Part shown: piece after piece, positions 1 through 8,530 of the stretch | Numbering within the stretch: position 1 is the stretch's first letter | How the letters are laid out: every line of letters begins with the position of its first letter | Assembly: GCA_029776205.1 (NCBI GenBank) | Contig: JAKOTQ010000107.1 | Span: forward strand, 20,035-52,034 | Direction: 5' to 3' | Length of the DNA: 32,000 nt | DNA from: Bacillota bacterium | GTDB lineage: Bacteria > Bacillota > UBA4882 > UBA8346 | The notes under the pieces: generated by a model | Seen by the model: the letters and a program-made list of their open reading frames with translations, nothing else | What the model was told of the DNA's origin: nothing | The model's database searches: none | Translations under genes and position numbers: made by a program

Positions 1-672
1 GAAAGTCAGGCTTTGCTGGCTGTTGACGATCCAGTGTGGCTTGCTGAGGAGGTTGCCCGTTGGGATAGCACGTTAAAGTATGAATTGGCGTATACGGACC
101 CGGCTGTACGGATTGAAATAGAACCTGCCGATGCGGTTAAGGCAGTTTATGATCAGGCGACCCAGTCTAAAGTGGTCCATCTGCTCAATCTGGTTCCCGG
201 AGGGCCCTTCCAGCGGGATCTGGAGCATGATGTGGTTGTAGCTTCCAATAATTTGGGTGTGTTGACCTCCGATGATGAGGCGATCACCTTAACCTGTGCT
301 CCGCGAAGCTCGATCCGGTCATTGCTGGATCATTTCCTGGAGTCGGCTGCAGCCATTGGGGAAATCCTCCATATCCAGGTGAGCGTCTCTTCCCTTTATC
401 CGGGATGGGAATATGCTACTCAATCGAAAATTAGGGACTTGTGCTTAAAAACCTATGGAGATTTATACCATAAGCCCGGAAAGGTCAATGTGATCCATGC
501 CGGTTTGGAATGTGGATTTTTCGTCGAAAAAATCCCGGGACTGGACGCGATCTCTTTCGGGCCGGATATGTTTGACGTTCATTCGCCAGATGAACATCTG
601 AGCATTGGGTCGACCCAGCGGACTTACATTTTATTATGTGAGATCCTGAAGGGGATTACCAAGGATTATTGA
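1..672 (+). CDS. pepD: aminoacyl-histidine dipeptidase (PepD family) C-terminal part; 5' end outside window
   Basis: Frame 1 is open from base 1 to TGA at 670-672. Translated IHAGLECGFF and ISFGPDMFDVHSPDEHLSI resemble conserved PepD C-terminal motifs. Confidence 0.75.
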   Translation, partial: ESQALLAVDDPVWLAEEVARWDSTLKYELAYTDPAVRIEIEPADAVKAVYDQATQSKVVHLLNLVPGGPFQRDLEHDVVVASNNLGVLTSDDEAITLTCAPRSSIRSLLDHFLESAAAIGEILHIQVSVSSLYPGWEYATQSKIRDLCLKTYGDLYHKPGKVNVIHAGLECGFFVEKIPGLDAISFGPDMFDVHSPDEHLSIGSTQRTYILLCEILKGITKDY

Positions 673-788
673 TTGAGCTGGTTCTAAATGCATAATATCT
701 CCTGGCATAGTTAAAAGGCAAAACCTCCAAACTAACCGAAGACGGGTTAATGCCTGTCAAAATTAAACCATAGGAGTAGGAGGGTTCT

Positions 789-1007
789 ATGCGCGCTTTA
801 ACGCCAGGAGAAATTTTATCGTTAAGTTCCTTACTTCAGATGGAATCCAATGCCTTAGCCGTAGCCAAAGCATCATTAATGGCTATTAACGATGAGCAAT
901 TGAAAACACTAACCCAAGCCGGGATTACGGCTACGCAAAGCCGGATCATGGGATTGCAGCAATTTATAGCGGAAAATCAGGTGGCTCCCATAAAGGAGGT
1001 GCAGTGA
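789..1007 (+). CDS. small helical protein, partner of a CotF-like spore coat protein
   Basis: GGAGGG lies 4-5 nt upstream of the ATG. The stop overlaps the next start (TGATG). Composition is helical and Q/L/A-rich, as in small coat-F-associated proteins. Confidence 0.5.
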   Translation: MRALTPGEILSLSSLLQMESNALAVAKASLMAINDEQLKTLTQAGITATQSRIMGLQQFIAENQVAPIKEVQ

Positions 1008-1321
1008 TGGCCTCTATTGTCGATTCTTTTTTTAAAGAGATGACCGATACCTCTGTCGATGAAACGTTAGCCTTAAATGGAATTGCTGCTGCAGCCACAG
1101 TTGCCGGGGCATATCTTACGGCAACCCTTCAAGCGACCACTCCAGAAGTCCGGCGGTTGTTTAGTGAGTATCTGACCCAATGCATCATGGGGCATGAGAA
1201 TTTGGTTGGACTCGCCCTGAAGAAAAATTGGATTAATCCTTACGACGTTCCGGAGAACCAAATTATGGTCGCTTACAAACAAGCTCAGAATATTGTGGAT
1301 GAAGTTAGTCAGGAAGCATAA
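1007..1321 (+). CDS. spore coat protein F-like (Coat_F domain) protein
   Basis: AAGGAGGTG lies 5 nt upstream of ATG 1007. The pattern AGAYLTATLQATTPEVRRLFSEYL...KKNWINP resembles the Coat_F family. I prefer ATG 1007 over the tracked GTG 1004. Confidence 0.55.
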   Translation: MASIVDSFFKEMTDTSVDETLALNGIAAAATVAGAYLTATLQATTPEVRRLFSEYLTQCIMGHENLVGLALKKNWINPYDVPENQIMVAYKQAQNIVDEVSQEA

Positions 1322-1343
1322 ATGAATACCTGAGACCGGTTTT

Positions 1344-1367
1344 AACCCGCTTTTGGCGGGTTTTTTT
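1344..1367 (+). terminator. Rho-independent terminator after the CotF-like pair
   Basis: Stem AACCCGC / GCGGGTT with a TTTTG loop, followed by a T-run. Confidence 0.8.
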
Positions 1368-1689
1368 ATGGATTAAAGATTTTTACTACTGAACCCGATA
1401 TAACTGCATAGTATTCCATGAACATCGAAGGTTTTAGGGATGGATTTGTACATGGAATAGAGGGTGATGTGGATTGGCTTTGGGAAACCTATGGATGAAG
1501 AGAGGTAGATGGAGTATTTGAATCGAAAAAATTAGGCGACAGAGATAAATCCTGGAAGGAAAAATACGGTTGGTGGTGAACTATTAGCTTTTATGAAAAA
1601 CAGCCAAAAGAGTAGACTTAAGGTAGTCGCCTGTAGTTAAATGGTTTTGATATAAAGGGAGAATAATTATAACATCATGGAGGAGCATC

Positions 1690-3132
1690 ATGTCTTACCG
1701 GCTTATTTTGCATTATTTCGGAAATATTCTGATTTTACTTGCATTGATTTTGTGGATTCCGCTGGCCTTTACTTTGCTGGACGGCAGAGATACCTTTGCC
1801 TTTTTTTCGGCCATCATTATTACAGCTATCGTTGGATTGGCACTGCGGACATTTAAACCGGAAGGTAAGTTTGGGCGGCGCGAGGGGTTTATCATTGTCG
1901 GTATCGGATGGATGATCTTAGTGGCCTTCGGAGCTTTGCCCTTATATTTCTCTGGTTCCGTACCAACCTATACGGATGCCTATTTTGAGATTATGTCGGG
2001 CTTTACAACCAGTGGAGCGACGGTGATTGCCGATGTTGAAGTATTAGGGCGCGGGATTTTATTTTGGCGAAGTTTTACGCCTTGGTTAGGTGGCATGGGG
2101 ATTATTTTACTGTCGCTGGCTGTGTTTTCAATGATGGGAATTGGGGGCGGTGCTTCTTAATTTCAGGCGGAGGTTCCGAGTTTAACCCATGAGAAAATTC
2201 TTCCCCGAATCAAAGATACCGCCTTTGTACTATGGCTGATTTATACTTGTATTACGTTGATTGGGGTAATTGCGCTGTGGCTGGCGGGGATGCCGGTTTT
2301 TGACAGTATTATTCATGCTATGGGCTCGATGGGAACCGGAGGATTATCTTCCAGAAATCAGGGGATTGCTGCATATGATAATGCGGCTATAGAGATCATT
2401 CTCGCGGTGTTTATGATTATATCCAGTTTAAATTTCTCTCTGTATTTTCGCGTTTATCAAAGGCGAAATTTAAATGCGCTTTTTAAAGATGCAGAGGCGA
2501 AAGGATTTTTGATCATTATTACTACAGCGGCTGTGTTAATGACGGCGTCTCTCTATTTTACCTTAAAACTTCCCCTGGGCCAGGCCTTAAGGCATGCTGT
2601 TTTTCAGGCGGTTTCGCTCTGCAGTACCACCTGCTATGCCACAACCGATTATGCCGCATGGCCGGCTTTCGCTCAGGCGATTTTGTTTATTCTGATGTTT
2701 ATCGGAGGATGTACCGGTTCGGCAGGCGGAGCATTGAAAGTCGGACGGATTATTACATTATTTAAATACATGGGTAAACAGATATTGAAGGTGGCTCAAC
2801 CCCGCTTGATGATCCAACCCAAATTGGGGGATACGCCCATCACCGATATGGTGGTTCATCAGGTATTGGCATATTTCTTCATTTATATCTTTTTGTTTGT
2901 GGTTGGAGGGCTGATTCTCGTTGGTACCGGCCTGGATTTGATATCCGGGTTTAGTGCAGCCGCTGCGGCTATCGGCAATGTCGGGAATGGTTTGGGACAG
3001 GTCGGGCCCTTGGAAAACTATAGTGCGCTACATCCTTTAGCGAAGTGGACCATGACCTTTTTGATGTTAACCGGAAGGTTGGAAATTATGACTATTCTCG
3101 TTATGCTTTATCCCGGCTTTTGGAAGAAATAA
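1690..3132 (+). pseudogene. trkH: TrkH/KtrB-family potassium uptake membrane subunit interrupted by one in-frame TAA
   Basis: ORFs 1690-2160 and 2257-3132 share one frame. Codons 2161-2256 have no stop and continue the family sequence (WLGGMGIILL...GIGGGAS*FQAEVPS...PRIKDTAFVLWLIY). The only lesion is TAA at 2158-2160. Confidence 0.85.
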
Positions 3133-3243
3133 TCATGCAACTGCTGTTCATTTTATCATCAAAACCTTTGTTGCAATTGTGGGCATGAGGATCTATAATC
3201 TTTTTATATTTAAAAAGGTTTCGCTTAGCAGGAGGATTTTAAC

Positions 3244-4620
3244 TTGAAGATTATCATTGTTGGAGCGGGAAAACTGGGATATGACTTGACCAAAATCTTA
3301 TCTCAAGAGGATCATGAAGTGATTGTCATCGACAAGGATGCGGATGCTCTTAAACCGATCGCAGACAATTTTGACGTGATGATTGTCAATGGCAACGGGG
3401 CCAGTATTAAGATTTTAGAGAAGGTCCAGGCCGAATCCGCCCAAATGGTTTTGGCTGTCACGGACTATGATGAGTTAAATATTATCGCTTGTATGATTGC
3501 AAAACAGTTAGGCGTTCCCATGACTGTCGCCAGGGTGCGTAATCCGGATTATGCTCCGGTGTCGCTGCCGATGATAGGGGCATATCATAATTTTGGAATT
3601 GACCTTTATTTAAATCCCGAATACCTGGCTGCCCAGGAAATTTACAGGTTGATCGAAGTGCCCAATGCCACCTCGGTTGGATATTTTGCCGATGGGAAGC
3701 TGAGCTTGATCTCCCTTAAGATCAGTGAAAATATGGCGATAGCCGGTAAAAGGATTTATGAGTTAAATTTGGATAAAATTACCGTAGTGGCAATTATCCG
3801 CCAAGGGGACGTATTGATACCGAACGGCAGTACCCAGTTACTTCTCAATGATAAAGTTTTTGTGATGGGGAAAACTGCCGGTTTTCATAACTTAAACCCG
3901 TTGATGAAATTGAAAACTCCTCGTTTTAAGCGGATTGTGATCGCCGGCGGTGGATTGATCACCGAATATCTGGTTCAAGAGTTGACTACGAAGCGGAATG
4001 TCCCGGATATTAAAGTTATCGAACCGTCTTTAGAACGATGCCGGGCCTTATCCCGGCAATTGGAAGGCTGTAGTATTATTCATGCCGATCCGACCCGCCT
4101 TGAAATTTTGGAGGAGGAAAATTTGGGAGCGGGAGATATCTTTATTTCTCTCACTGGTTCCGACAACTCCAATCTGGTCGCCTGTATGGTGGCGAAGCAA
4201 TTGCAGGTGTCTCAGATCCTCTGTGAAATTTCCCGGGAAGATTATATTTCGTTGGCAGAAACCATTGGGGTCACGGCGACCGTTACGCCGCGAATGCTTA
4301 CCGTAAGTTCGGTATTGAAGGCTATCAAAAAGAAGAATGTTATTGCAGTAAGCCTTCTGAATACAGGAGAGGCTGAGATTTTGGAACTGGAGGTCGAACC
4401 GGATGCGCCGGCGACCCATTTGCCATTGAAGCATTTGGAGATACCTGTTGGTATCGTGATCGGGGCTGTGCTTCATGACGGGGAAGTGGTGATTCCTCGG
4501 GGAGATACGCGGATCGCCCCGGGGGACCGGGTCATCGTATTTTCCTTAAGAACTATGGCATCATTTGTTGACAAGTTATTCCGCCAAAATGAAACCACTG
4601 GGGAAGATGATGCCCAATAG
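3244..4620 (+). CDS. trkA: Trk system potassium uptake protein TrkA (two RCK/NAD-binding modules)
   Basis: AGGAGG lies 8 nt upstream of the TTG start. The N-terminus MKIIIVGAGKLG is a Rossmann motif, repeated at IVIAGGGLITEY. Length is 458 aa, directly downstream of trkH. Confidence 0.9.
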   Translation: MKIIIVGAGKLGYDLTKILSQEDHEVIVIDKDADALKPIADNFDVMIVNGNGASIKILEKVQAESAQMVLAVTDYDELNIIACMIAKQLGVPMTVARVRNPDYAPVSLPMIGAYHNFGIDLYLNPEYLAAQEIYRLIEVPNATSVGYFADGKLSLISLKISENMAIAGKRIYELNLDKITVVAIIRQGDVLIPNGSTQLLLNDKVFVMGKTAGFHNLNPLMKLKTPRFKRIVIAGGGLITEYLVQELTTKRNVPDIKVIEPSLERCRALSRQLEGCSIIHADPTRLEILEEENLGAGDIFISLTGSDNSNLVACMVAKQLQVSQILCEISREDYISLAETIGVTATVTPRMLTVSSVLKAIKKKNVIAVSLLNTGEAEILELEVEPDAPATHLPLKHLEIPVGIVIGAVLHDGEVVIPRGDTRIAPGDRVIVFSLRTMASFVDKLFRQNETTGEDDAQ

Positions 4621-4634
4621 TCCGCGTCTTCAGG

Positions 4635-6557
4635 TTATTTTGGAATATTTTGGAGAATTTGAACCAATTCTGCGATTTTATAGGGTTTAGTCACTTCAGC
4701 AAAAAAACCGTAAGCTTTGGCATTGGACATGATCGGATCATGGGAATAACCGCTGGAAACGATGGCTTTAACATTGGGATCGAATTGCTTAAGTTCTTCC
4801 AAAGCGGCTTTTCCGCCCATTCCGCCGGGAACGGTCAGATCCATGATTACGGCATCAAAAGGTTTGCCCATTTTTTTATACTCCCGGTATAAAGTAACCG
4901 CTTCTTCTCCGTCTCGGGCCGTCTTGACTTCATAACCGAAGGTTTCCAACATTTCAGAAGTGGCCTGAAGGATTGATTGGACATCATCCATGATCAAAAT
5001 GCGGCCTTTGTCTTTCAAACGTCGTAACCGGGTTGGGTGGCGAGGAGGTATCCTTTCCTCAGCTGCCGGAAGATAAATGTGAAAAGTTGTTCCTTCATTG
5101 ACAACGGATTCGACGGAGATATGTCCCTGGTGTCTGGAGATAATCGACAGGGCCATAAACAAGCCGAGGCCGTTGCCATTTTTTTTGGTGGTATAATAAG
5201 GGTCAAATATTTTATTGAGGTATTCTTTGGGTATGCCAACACCATGGTCTTTGATCTGAATCTTAATATATCGGCCGGGTTTCAGATTGAGCAAGTTTTC
5301 CGGTTGAACGATGGTATTGGTTGCGGTAAATTGAATGGTACCGCCATTGGGCATAGCTTGATCAGCGTTGAGAAAAAGATTGCTGATGACTTGGCTGATC
5401 TGCCCGGCATCAACATTAGCCGGCCAAAGGTCATCGGCAATGACATAACTCCATGTGCTCTTGGAGCCACGGAGCACGAATTCAGCGGTGTCAATTAATA
5501 CTTCTTTCAAGGAGGTGGGTTTGAGAATTGGTGCGCCTCCTCTGGAAAAGGTCAGTAATTGGCGGGTAAGGTTGGATGCGGTAGTTACCGTATCTTCGAT
5601 TCGGGAAAACAGGTTGCTAATATCGTTGCCCCGGGCTAGTTTTAACTGTGCCAGCTGGACATTGGATAAAATACTGGCCAGAAAGTTATTGAAATCGTGG
5701 GCGATTCCTCCGGCCAGATTGCCTAAGACTTCATATTGCTGCATTCTTTCAAAATCTTGCTTCATTCGCTCGGACACATCGATAAAGACGATGACTCCGG
5801 CGATGATTTGACCGGAAACGTCCCGAATGGGAGCGGAATTGGCTTCGATCACGGTATAAGAACCATCGTGGCATTGAATATGGATGATTTCATCCCGGAC
5901 CGTTTCTTCATGGAATATGGAACGGTACAAAGGCCATTCTTCAGCTGAATACGGTGTACCGTCCACATGGAAACCTTTGAGTTCTTTGAAACTGGTGATG
6001 GGCTCTTTCCAAATCTCCTGGCTCATTCGGTTGCTGAGGATAATTTCTCCCGACGGGGCCGTGCCAATGACAACACCGAAAGGCAATTGATCAAGGACTG
6101 CTCTTAAAAAAGCTTCCTGCTGTTGGGTTAAGTTCATGGCAGCTTCCAGGGCATGGCTGGATTGAACTTCGGCAGTGGTTTCCTTTAGATAAAGAATGAG
6201 CCCGATGACTTGGTCGTTCGCATTTTTCACCGGTGATAATGTCCAGTTCCAATAGGTGGTTCCCCGCCAAGGCTCATGGTAGTAGATGAGAGGTTTGGCG
6301 CGGTAGGTTATGGCTTTGCCGCTTTCTCTGGTTTGGATAAACAATTGTTCATAATCGTTATCCGGAAAAATTTCGAAGTGATTTCGTCCGAGGAGTTTTT
6401 CTTTGGGGTAACCGGAGCCTAGAGCATAGGCTTCATTAACATAGATAAATCTGAAGTCTCGGTCAAGAAAAGCGATTTGTAAATCGGATTGGTTTAAAAT
6501 GGTCTCCAGGATGGAAATGCCCCATTGGTCTTCATAAGTCTTGAAAAAATCCTTCAC
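4635..6557 (-). CDS. hybrid sensor histidine kinase (PAS domains, HisKA, HATPase_c, C-terminal receiver)
   Basis: GTG start with GGAGGA 5 nt upstream. H-box GGIAHDFNNFL, N-box NLFLNADQAM, G-boxes DHGVGIP and GNGLGL. The C-terminal receiver shows ILIMDD...VIMDLTVPGG...VTKP. Confidence 0.9.
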   Translation of the reverse strand: MKDFFKTYEDQWGISILETILNQSDLQIAFLDRDFRFIYVNEAYALGSGYPKEKLLGRNHFEIFPDNDYEQLFIQTRESGKAITYRAKPLIYYHEPWRGTTYWNWTLSPVKNANDQVIGLILYLKETTAEVQSSHALEAAMNLTQQQEAFLRAVLDQLPFGVVIGTAPSGEIILSNRMSQEIWKEPITSFKELKGFHVDGTPYSAEEWPLYRSIFHEETVRDEIIHIQCHDGSYTVIEANSAPIRDVSGQIIAGVIVFIDVSERMKQDFERMQQYEVLGNLAGGIAHDFNNFLASILSNVQLAQLKLARGNDISNLFSRIEDTVTTASNLTRQLLTFSRGGAPILKPTSLKEVLIDTAEFVLRGSKSTWSYVIADDLWPANVDAGQISQVISNLFLNADQAMPNGGTIQFTATNTIVQPENLLNLKPGRYIKIQIKDHGVGIPKEYLNKIFDPYYTTKKNGNGLGLFMALSIISRHQGHISVESVVNEGTTFHIYLPAAEERIPPRHPTRLRRLKDKGRILIMDDVQSILQATSEMLETFGYEVKTARDGEEAVTLYREYKKMGKPFDAVIMDLTVPGGMGGKAALEELKQFDPNVKAIVSSGYSHDPIMSNAKAYGFFAEVTKPYKIAELVQILQNIPK

Positions 6558-6730
6558 TGCGTTCCTCCGGATGTGCGAGTATTATATAATTATTTTCAAT
6601 AAAATTCTTTATAAACCTCTTTTTTCCAACAAAAACAAAAAAAGGGTTATAGCACAGGTATGGACAACGCTCTTTTGTGAGATGATCTTGAGTAGCCTGA
6701 TGGCCGATAGGATAAGGGAGGTGAATAATT

Positions 6731-6910
6731 CTGGCAACTGCGGAAGAAATCCAACAATGTATCGATAGTTGTACTCAGTCAGCCCATATGTTAAGACATG
6801 CTGCCTGCAGTATGCTTTGTGCGATGGAACGTCAAACGGCTACTTTGGGTGCTGCCCATATCGAAATGTGCATTAATGCGTTGGTTAATGCCAAAACCTT
6901 GAAGTCCTAG
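6731..6910 (+). CDS. small Cys-containing helical protein, paralogue of the next ORF; requires a non-ATG start (ATT 6728 or CTG 6731)
   Basis: GGGAGGTG lies at 6716-6723. An in-frame TGA at 6722-6724 limits the upstream extent. The frame is open to TAG 6908-6910. The product aligns with the ORF at 6920-7105 (shared T, C, SA..LR..A, AAH positions). It is absent from the ORF track. Confidence 0.4.
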   Translation: MATAEEIQQCIDSCTQSAHMLRHAACSMLCAMERQTATLGAAHIEMCINALVNAKTLKS

Positions 6911-6919
6911 GAGGCGAAA

Positions 6920-7105
6920 ATGACCATACGTCAAGTGGAAGAAGCAACGCAAAATTGCCGGCGAAGTGCGGAGCAATTGCGTCAAATGGCCCAAAATGAA
7001 TCCAATCCTAATGTGCAAAAGCTGCTGTTGGAAGCCGCCCATCATTTGGATGTAGGCTTGGCAGAATTGGAGTATATTATGACGGAGTCGACGGTTTCGA
7101 TTTAA
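6920..7105 (+). CDS. small helical hairpin protein (possibly DUF1657-like; tentative)
   Basis: AGGAGG lies 6 nt upstream of the ATG. The 61 aa product is paralogous to the preceding small ORF. Confidence 0.5.
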   Translation: MTIRQVEEATQNCRRSAEQLRQMAQNESNPNVQKLLLEAAHHLDVGLAELEYIMTESTVSI

Positions 7106-7176
7106 TCGCAGTATCTGGTTTATAGTTTCCAGTACATAATTCACAATAGGATATGGGTTTTTTGAGGAGGAGAGGA

Positions 7177-7374
7177 ATGCCAAGTTTTAGCCATCGAACG
7201 AAAAAATATGGTAAAAACGGGCTTCAGGGAAATTTAGAGTATCAAAATAGCCTGATGGCCGTAGAAAACCGGGACGATGAGGAGGAAAGGCTAGAGCCTG
7301 AAAGTGAATTATCGACAAAAGTGGTATCGGAAGCTGAAGAAGCGGCAGATTTGGGAACCTTTGACTCGATTTAG
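7177..7374 (+). CDS. small acidic hypothetical protein
   Basis: GAGGAGGAGAGGA lies immediately upstream of ATG 7177, which I prefer over the tracked 7153. A terminator follows. Confidence 0.4.
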   Translation: MPSFSHRTKKYGKNGLQGNLEYQNSLMAVENRDDEEERLEPESELSTKVVSEAEEAADLGTFDSI

Positions 7375-7387
7375 ATGGGACTCTTAT

Positions 7388-7418
7388 ACCGGCAAAACGA
7401 AGGTTATGCCGGTTTTTT
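7388..7418 (+). terminator. Rho-independent terminator
   Basis: ACCGGCA / TGCCGGT stem with a 12-nt loop, followed by TTTTTT. Confidence 0.7.
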
Positions 7419-7562
7419 GTATTTTGGCCGTTTGAAATTTCTTAGATATTCATGGGCGAAATCAAAAGTTTTTTTTGAATATAACAATATACGAAACGCA
7501 GATGCTCATTTTAAAACAAAATGCAATACACTGGTTAGAGAACTCCTAAAGGAGGAATGATA

Positions 7563-8105
7563 ATGAGTATCAACCATGTTCCGATTTCAAGTCATCAACA
7601 TGCGAGGGTTGAGACCCAGCGGATCAAAACCTTAAAAGTGATTGGCGAAGCTGTTGGCCAATTGGTATTGGAAAACAAAGCAGATATCGATGCGATTAAG
7701 ATTATCAAAGTTGATGCTGAACTTCGGGATACTACCGATCATTTATTCAAAAATAAAGTGGTTAAGCAGGGAATCATTCATAAGCAAATTCTGTATGTAG
7801 ACCCCTATGATGTGGTACGCCATGCTTCCGAGGATGTCCCGTTTATGTTGACTGTGGATATTCCGGGGGTTGAACCCAATCCGTTTACGGAGGTTCAAAA
7901 CCATCTGCTCGATCTGGAAGTTGATTTTACGCTGAAACCGGCCTGCCATGATAAGAAGGGAGAAATCATTCAAAAGACAGTGGCTCATATTTTGGTAAGG
8001 GTTTCTGAATGGGCCCTTGTGGATGTTGTCACCAAACATGATATTTTCCCGAAGGTAAGCCATTCCAAAGGGTATAAATCCTTTGTCAAATGTTATAACC
8101 GGTAA
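7563..8105 (+). CDS. DUF3794 (SipL/SPOCS-like) domain protein
   Basis: GGAGG lies 7 nt upstream of ATG 7563; the tracked ATG 7557 is only 1 nt from the SD. The pattern KVIGEAVGQLVLEN...KVVKQGIIHKQILYVD is typical of DUF3794 repeats. Confidence 0.55.
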   Translation: MSINHVPISSHQHARVETQRIKTLKVIGEAVGQLVLENKADIDAIKIIKVDAELRDTTDHLFKNKVVKQGIIHKQILYVDPYDVVRHASEDVPFMLTVDIPGVEPNPFTEVQNHLLDLEVDFTLKPACHDKKGEIIQKTVAHILVRVSEWALVDVVTKHDIFPKVSHSKGYKSFVKCYNR

Positions 8106-8131
8106 AAAGATAAAATAATTTTAATTAGTAG

Positions 8132-8149
8132 GGGCCGCTATGGCGGCCC
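8132..8149 (+). terminator. GC hairpin after the DUF3794 gene (weak terminator; poor U-tract)
   Basis: GGGCCGC tatg GCGGCCC, followed by only TT. Confidence 0.35.
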
Positions 8150-8167
8150 TTAACCATTAACCGGGCA

Positions 8168-8434
8168 ATGAAAGGGGATGGTCCCGTGACAGATTCATCG
8201 GGAAGCCAATGGTTATTTCGTGTAGAATCTCTTCCCTTTGACATGGATCCGGGATTGGAGTTAACCTATGTTGAACAAGATGATGTAGGAATGAAGTTCA
8301 TTGGCGATCTCCCGTTTTTCTGGGATGGTAATTCAAAAAACGGCACCGGTCCATGTCTTTACGACGATGAACGGGTTTATCGGGTGGTAAAGGTAGATTA
8401 TGTGAATAATCTGATATGGCTTGAGGAACAATAA
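8168..8434 (+). CDS. hypothetical protein (88 aa; alternative GTG start at 8186)
   Basis: Only an intact ORF in a coding-like context supports this. I recognise no family. Confidence 0.4.
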   Translation: MKGDGPVTDSSGSQWLFRVESLPFDMDPGLELTYVEQDDVGMKFIGDLPFFWDGNSKNGTGPCLYDDERVYRVVKVDYVNNLIWLEEQ

Positions 8435-8471
8435 GTAAAATATTATCCGAAATTTAGTTTTAAATTTTGGC

Positions 8472-8499
8472 TTTACTTTTAGGCAAAGCTTGATATAAT
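8472..8499 (+). promoter_or_regulatory. sigma-A type promoter with extended -10 for the T-box leader
   Basis: TTTACT (8472-8477), 16 nt spacer, TGaTATAAT (8491-8499). It sits about 30 nt upstream of the first T-box helix. Confidence 0.5.
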
Positions 8500-8530
8500 A
8501 AATGGTAATTAATGTTACTATAGTTTGACC

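Noticed and set aside
1368-1689. Possible c-di-AMP (ydaO/kimA-type) riboswitch in the long spacer upstream of trkH
   Set aside because: The context is right, since potassium transporters are often c-di-AMP regulated. However, I could not find the conserved elements as I remember them (CGCUUAAUC, GGGGACCCA, GGGUGAAUCC, CCGACAGCUAACCUCG). Only a 7-bp long-range pairing, AGGCGAC (1534-1540) with GTCGCCT (1626-1632), is visible. A likely extended -10 promoter (TGATATAAA, 1648-1656) sits downstream of it. A covariance-model scan would settle this.
2158-2160. Programmed recoding (selenocysteine or pyrrolysine) at the trkH in-frame stop
   Set aside because: The codon is TAA, not TGA or TAG. No SECIS- or PYLIS-like hairpin follows. 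The aligned residue in the family is Leu, one substitution away.
4048-4476. 142-aa minus-strand ORF and 74-aa plus-strand ORF inside trkA
   Set aside because: Both are embedded entirely in the well-supported trkA frame. They have no RBS and an Arg/Gln-rich shadow-frame composition.
5037-6090. Several 68-153 aa plus-strand ORFs and 70-76 aa minus-strand out-of-frame ORFs inside the histidine kinase gene
   Set aside because: They overlap a kinase frame that carries all H, N and G boxes. No translation signals are present.
6791-7183. 130-aa ORF on the minus strand
   Set aside because: It has no RBS. It lies antisense to two SD-preceded, mutually paralogous plus-strand small ORFs and to the start of a third. 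Its composition (R/L/H/Q-rich) looks like a shadow frame.
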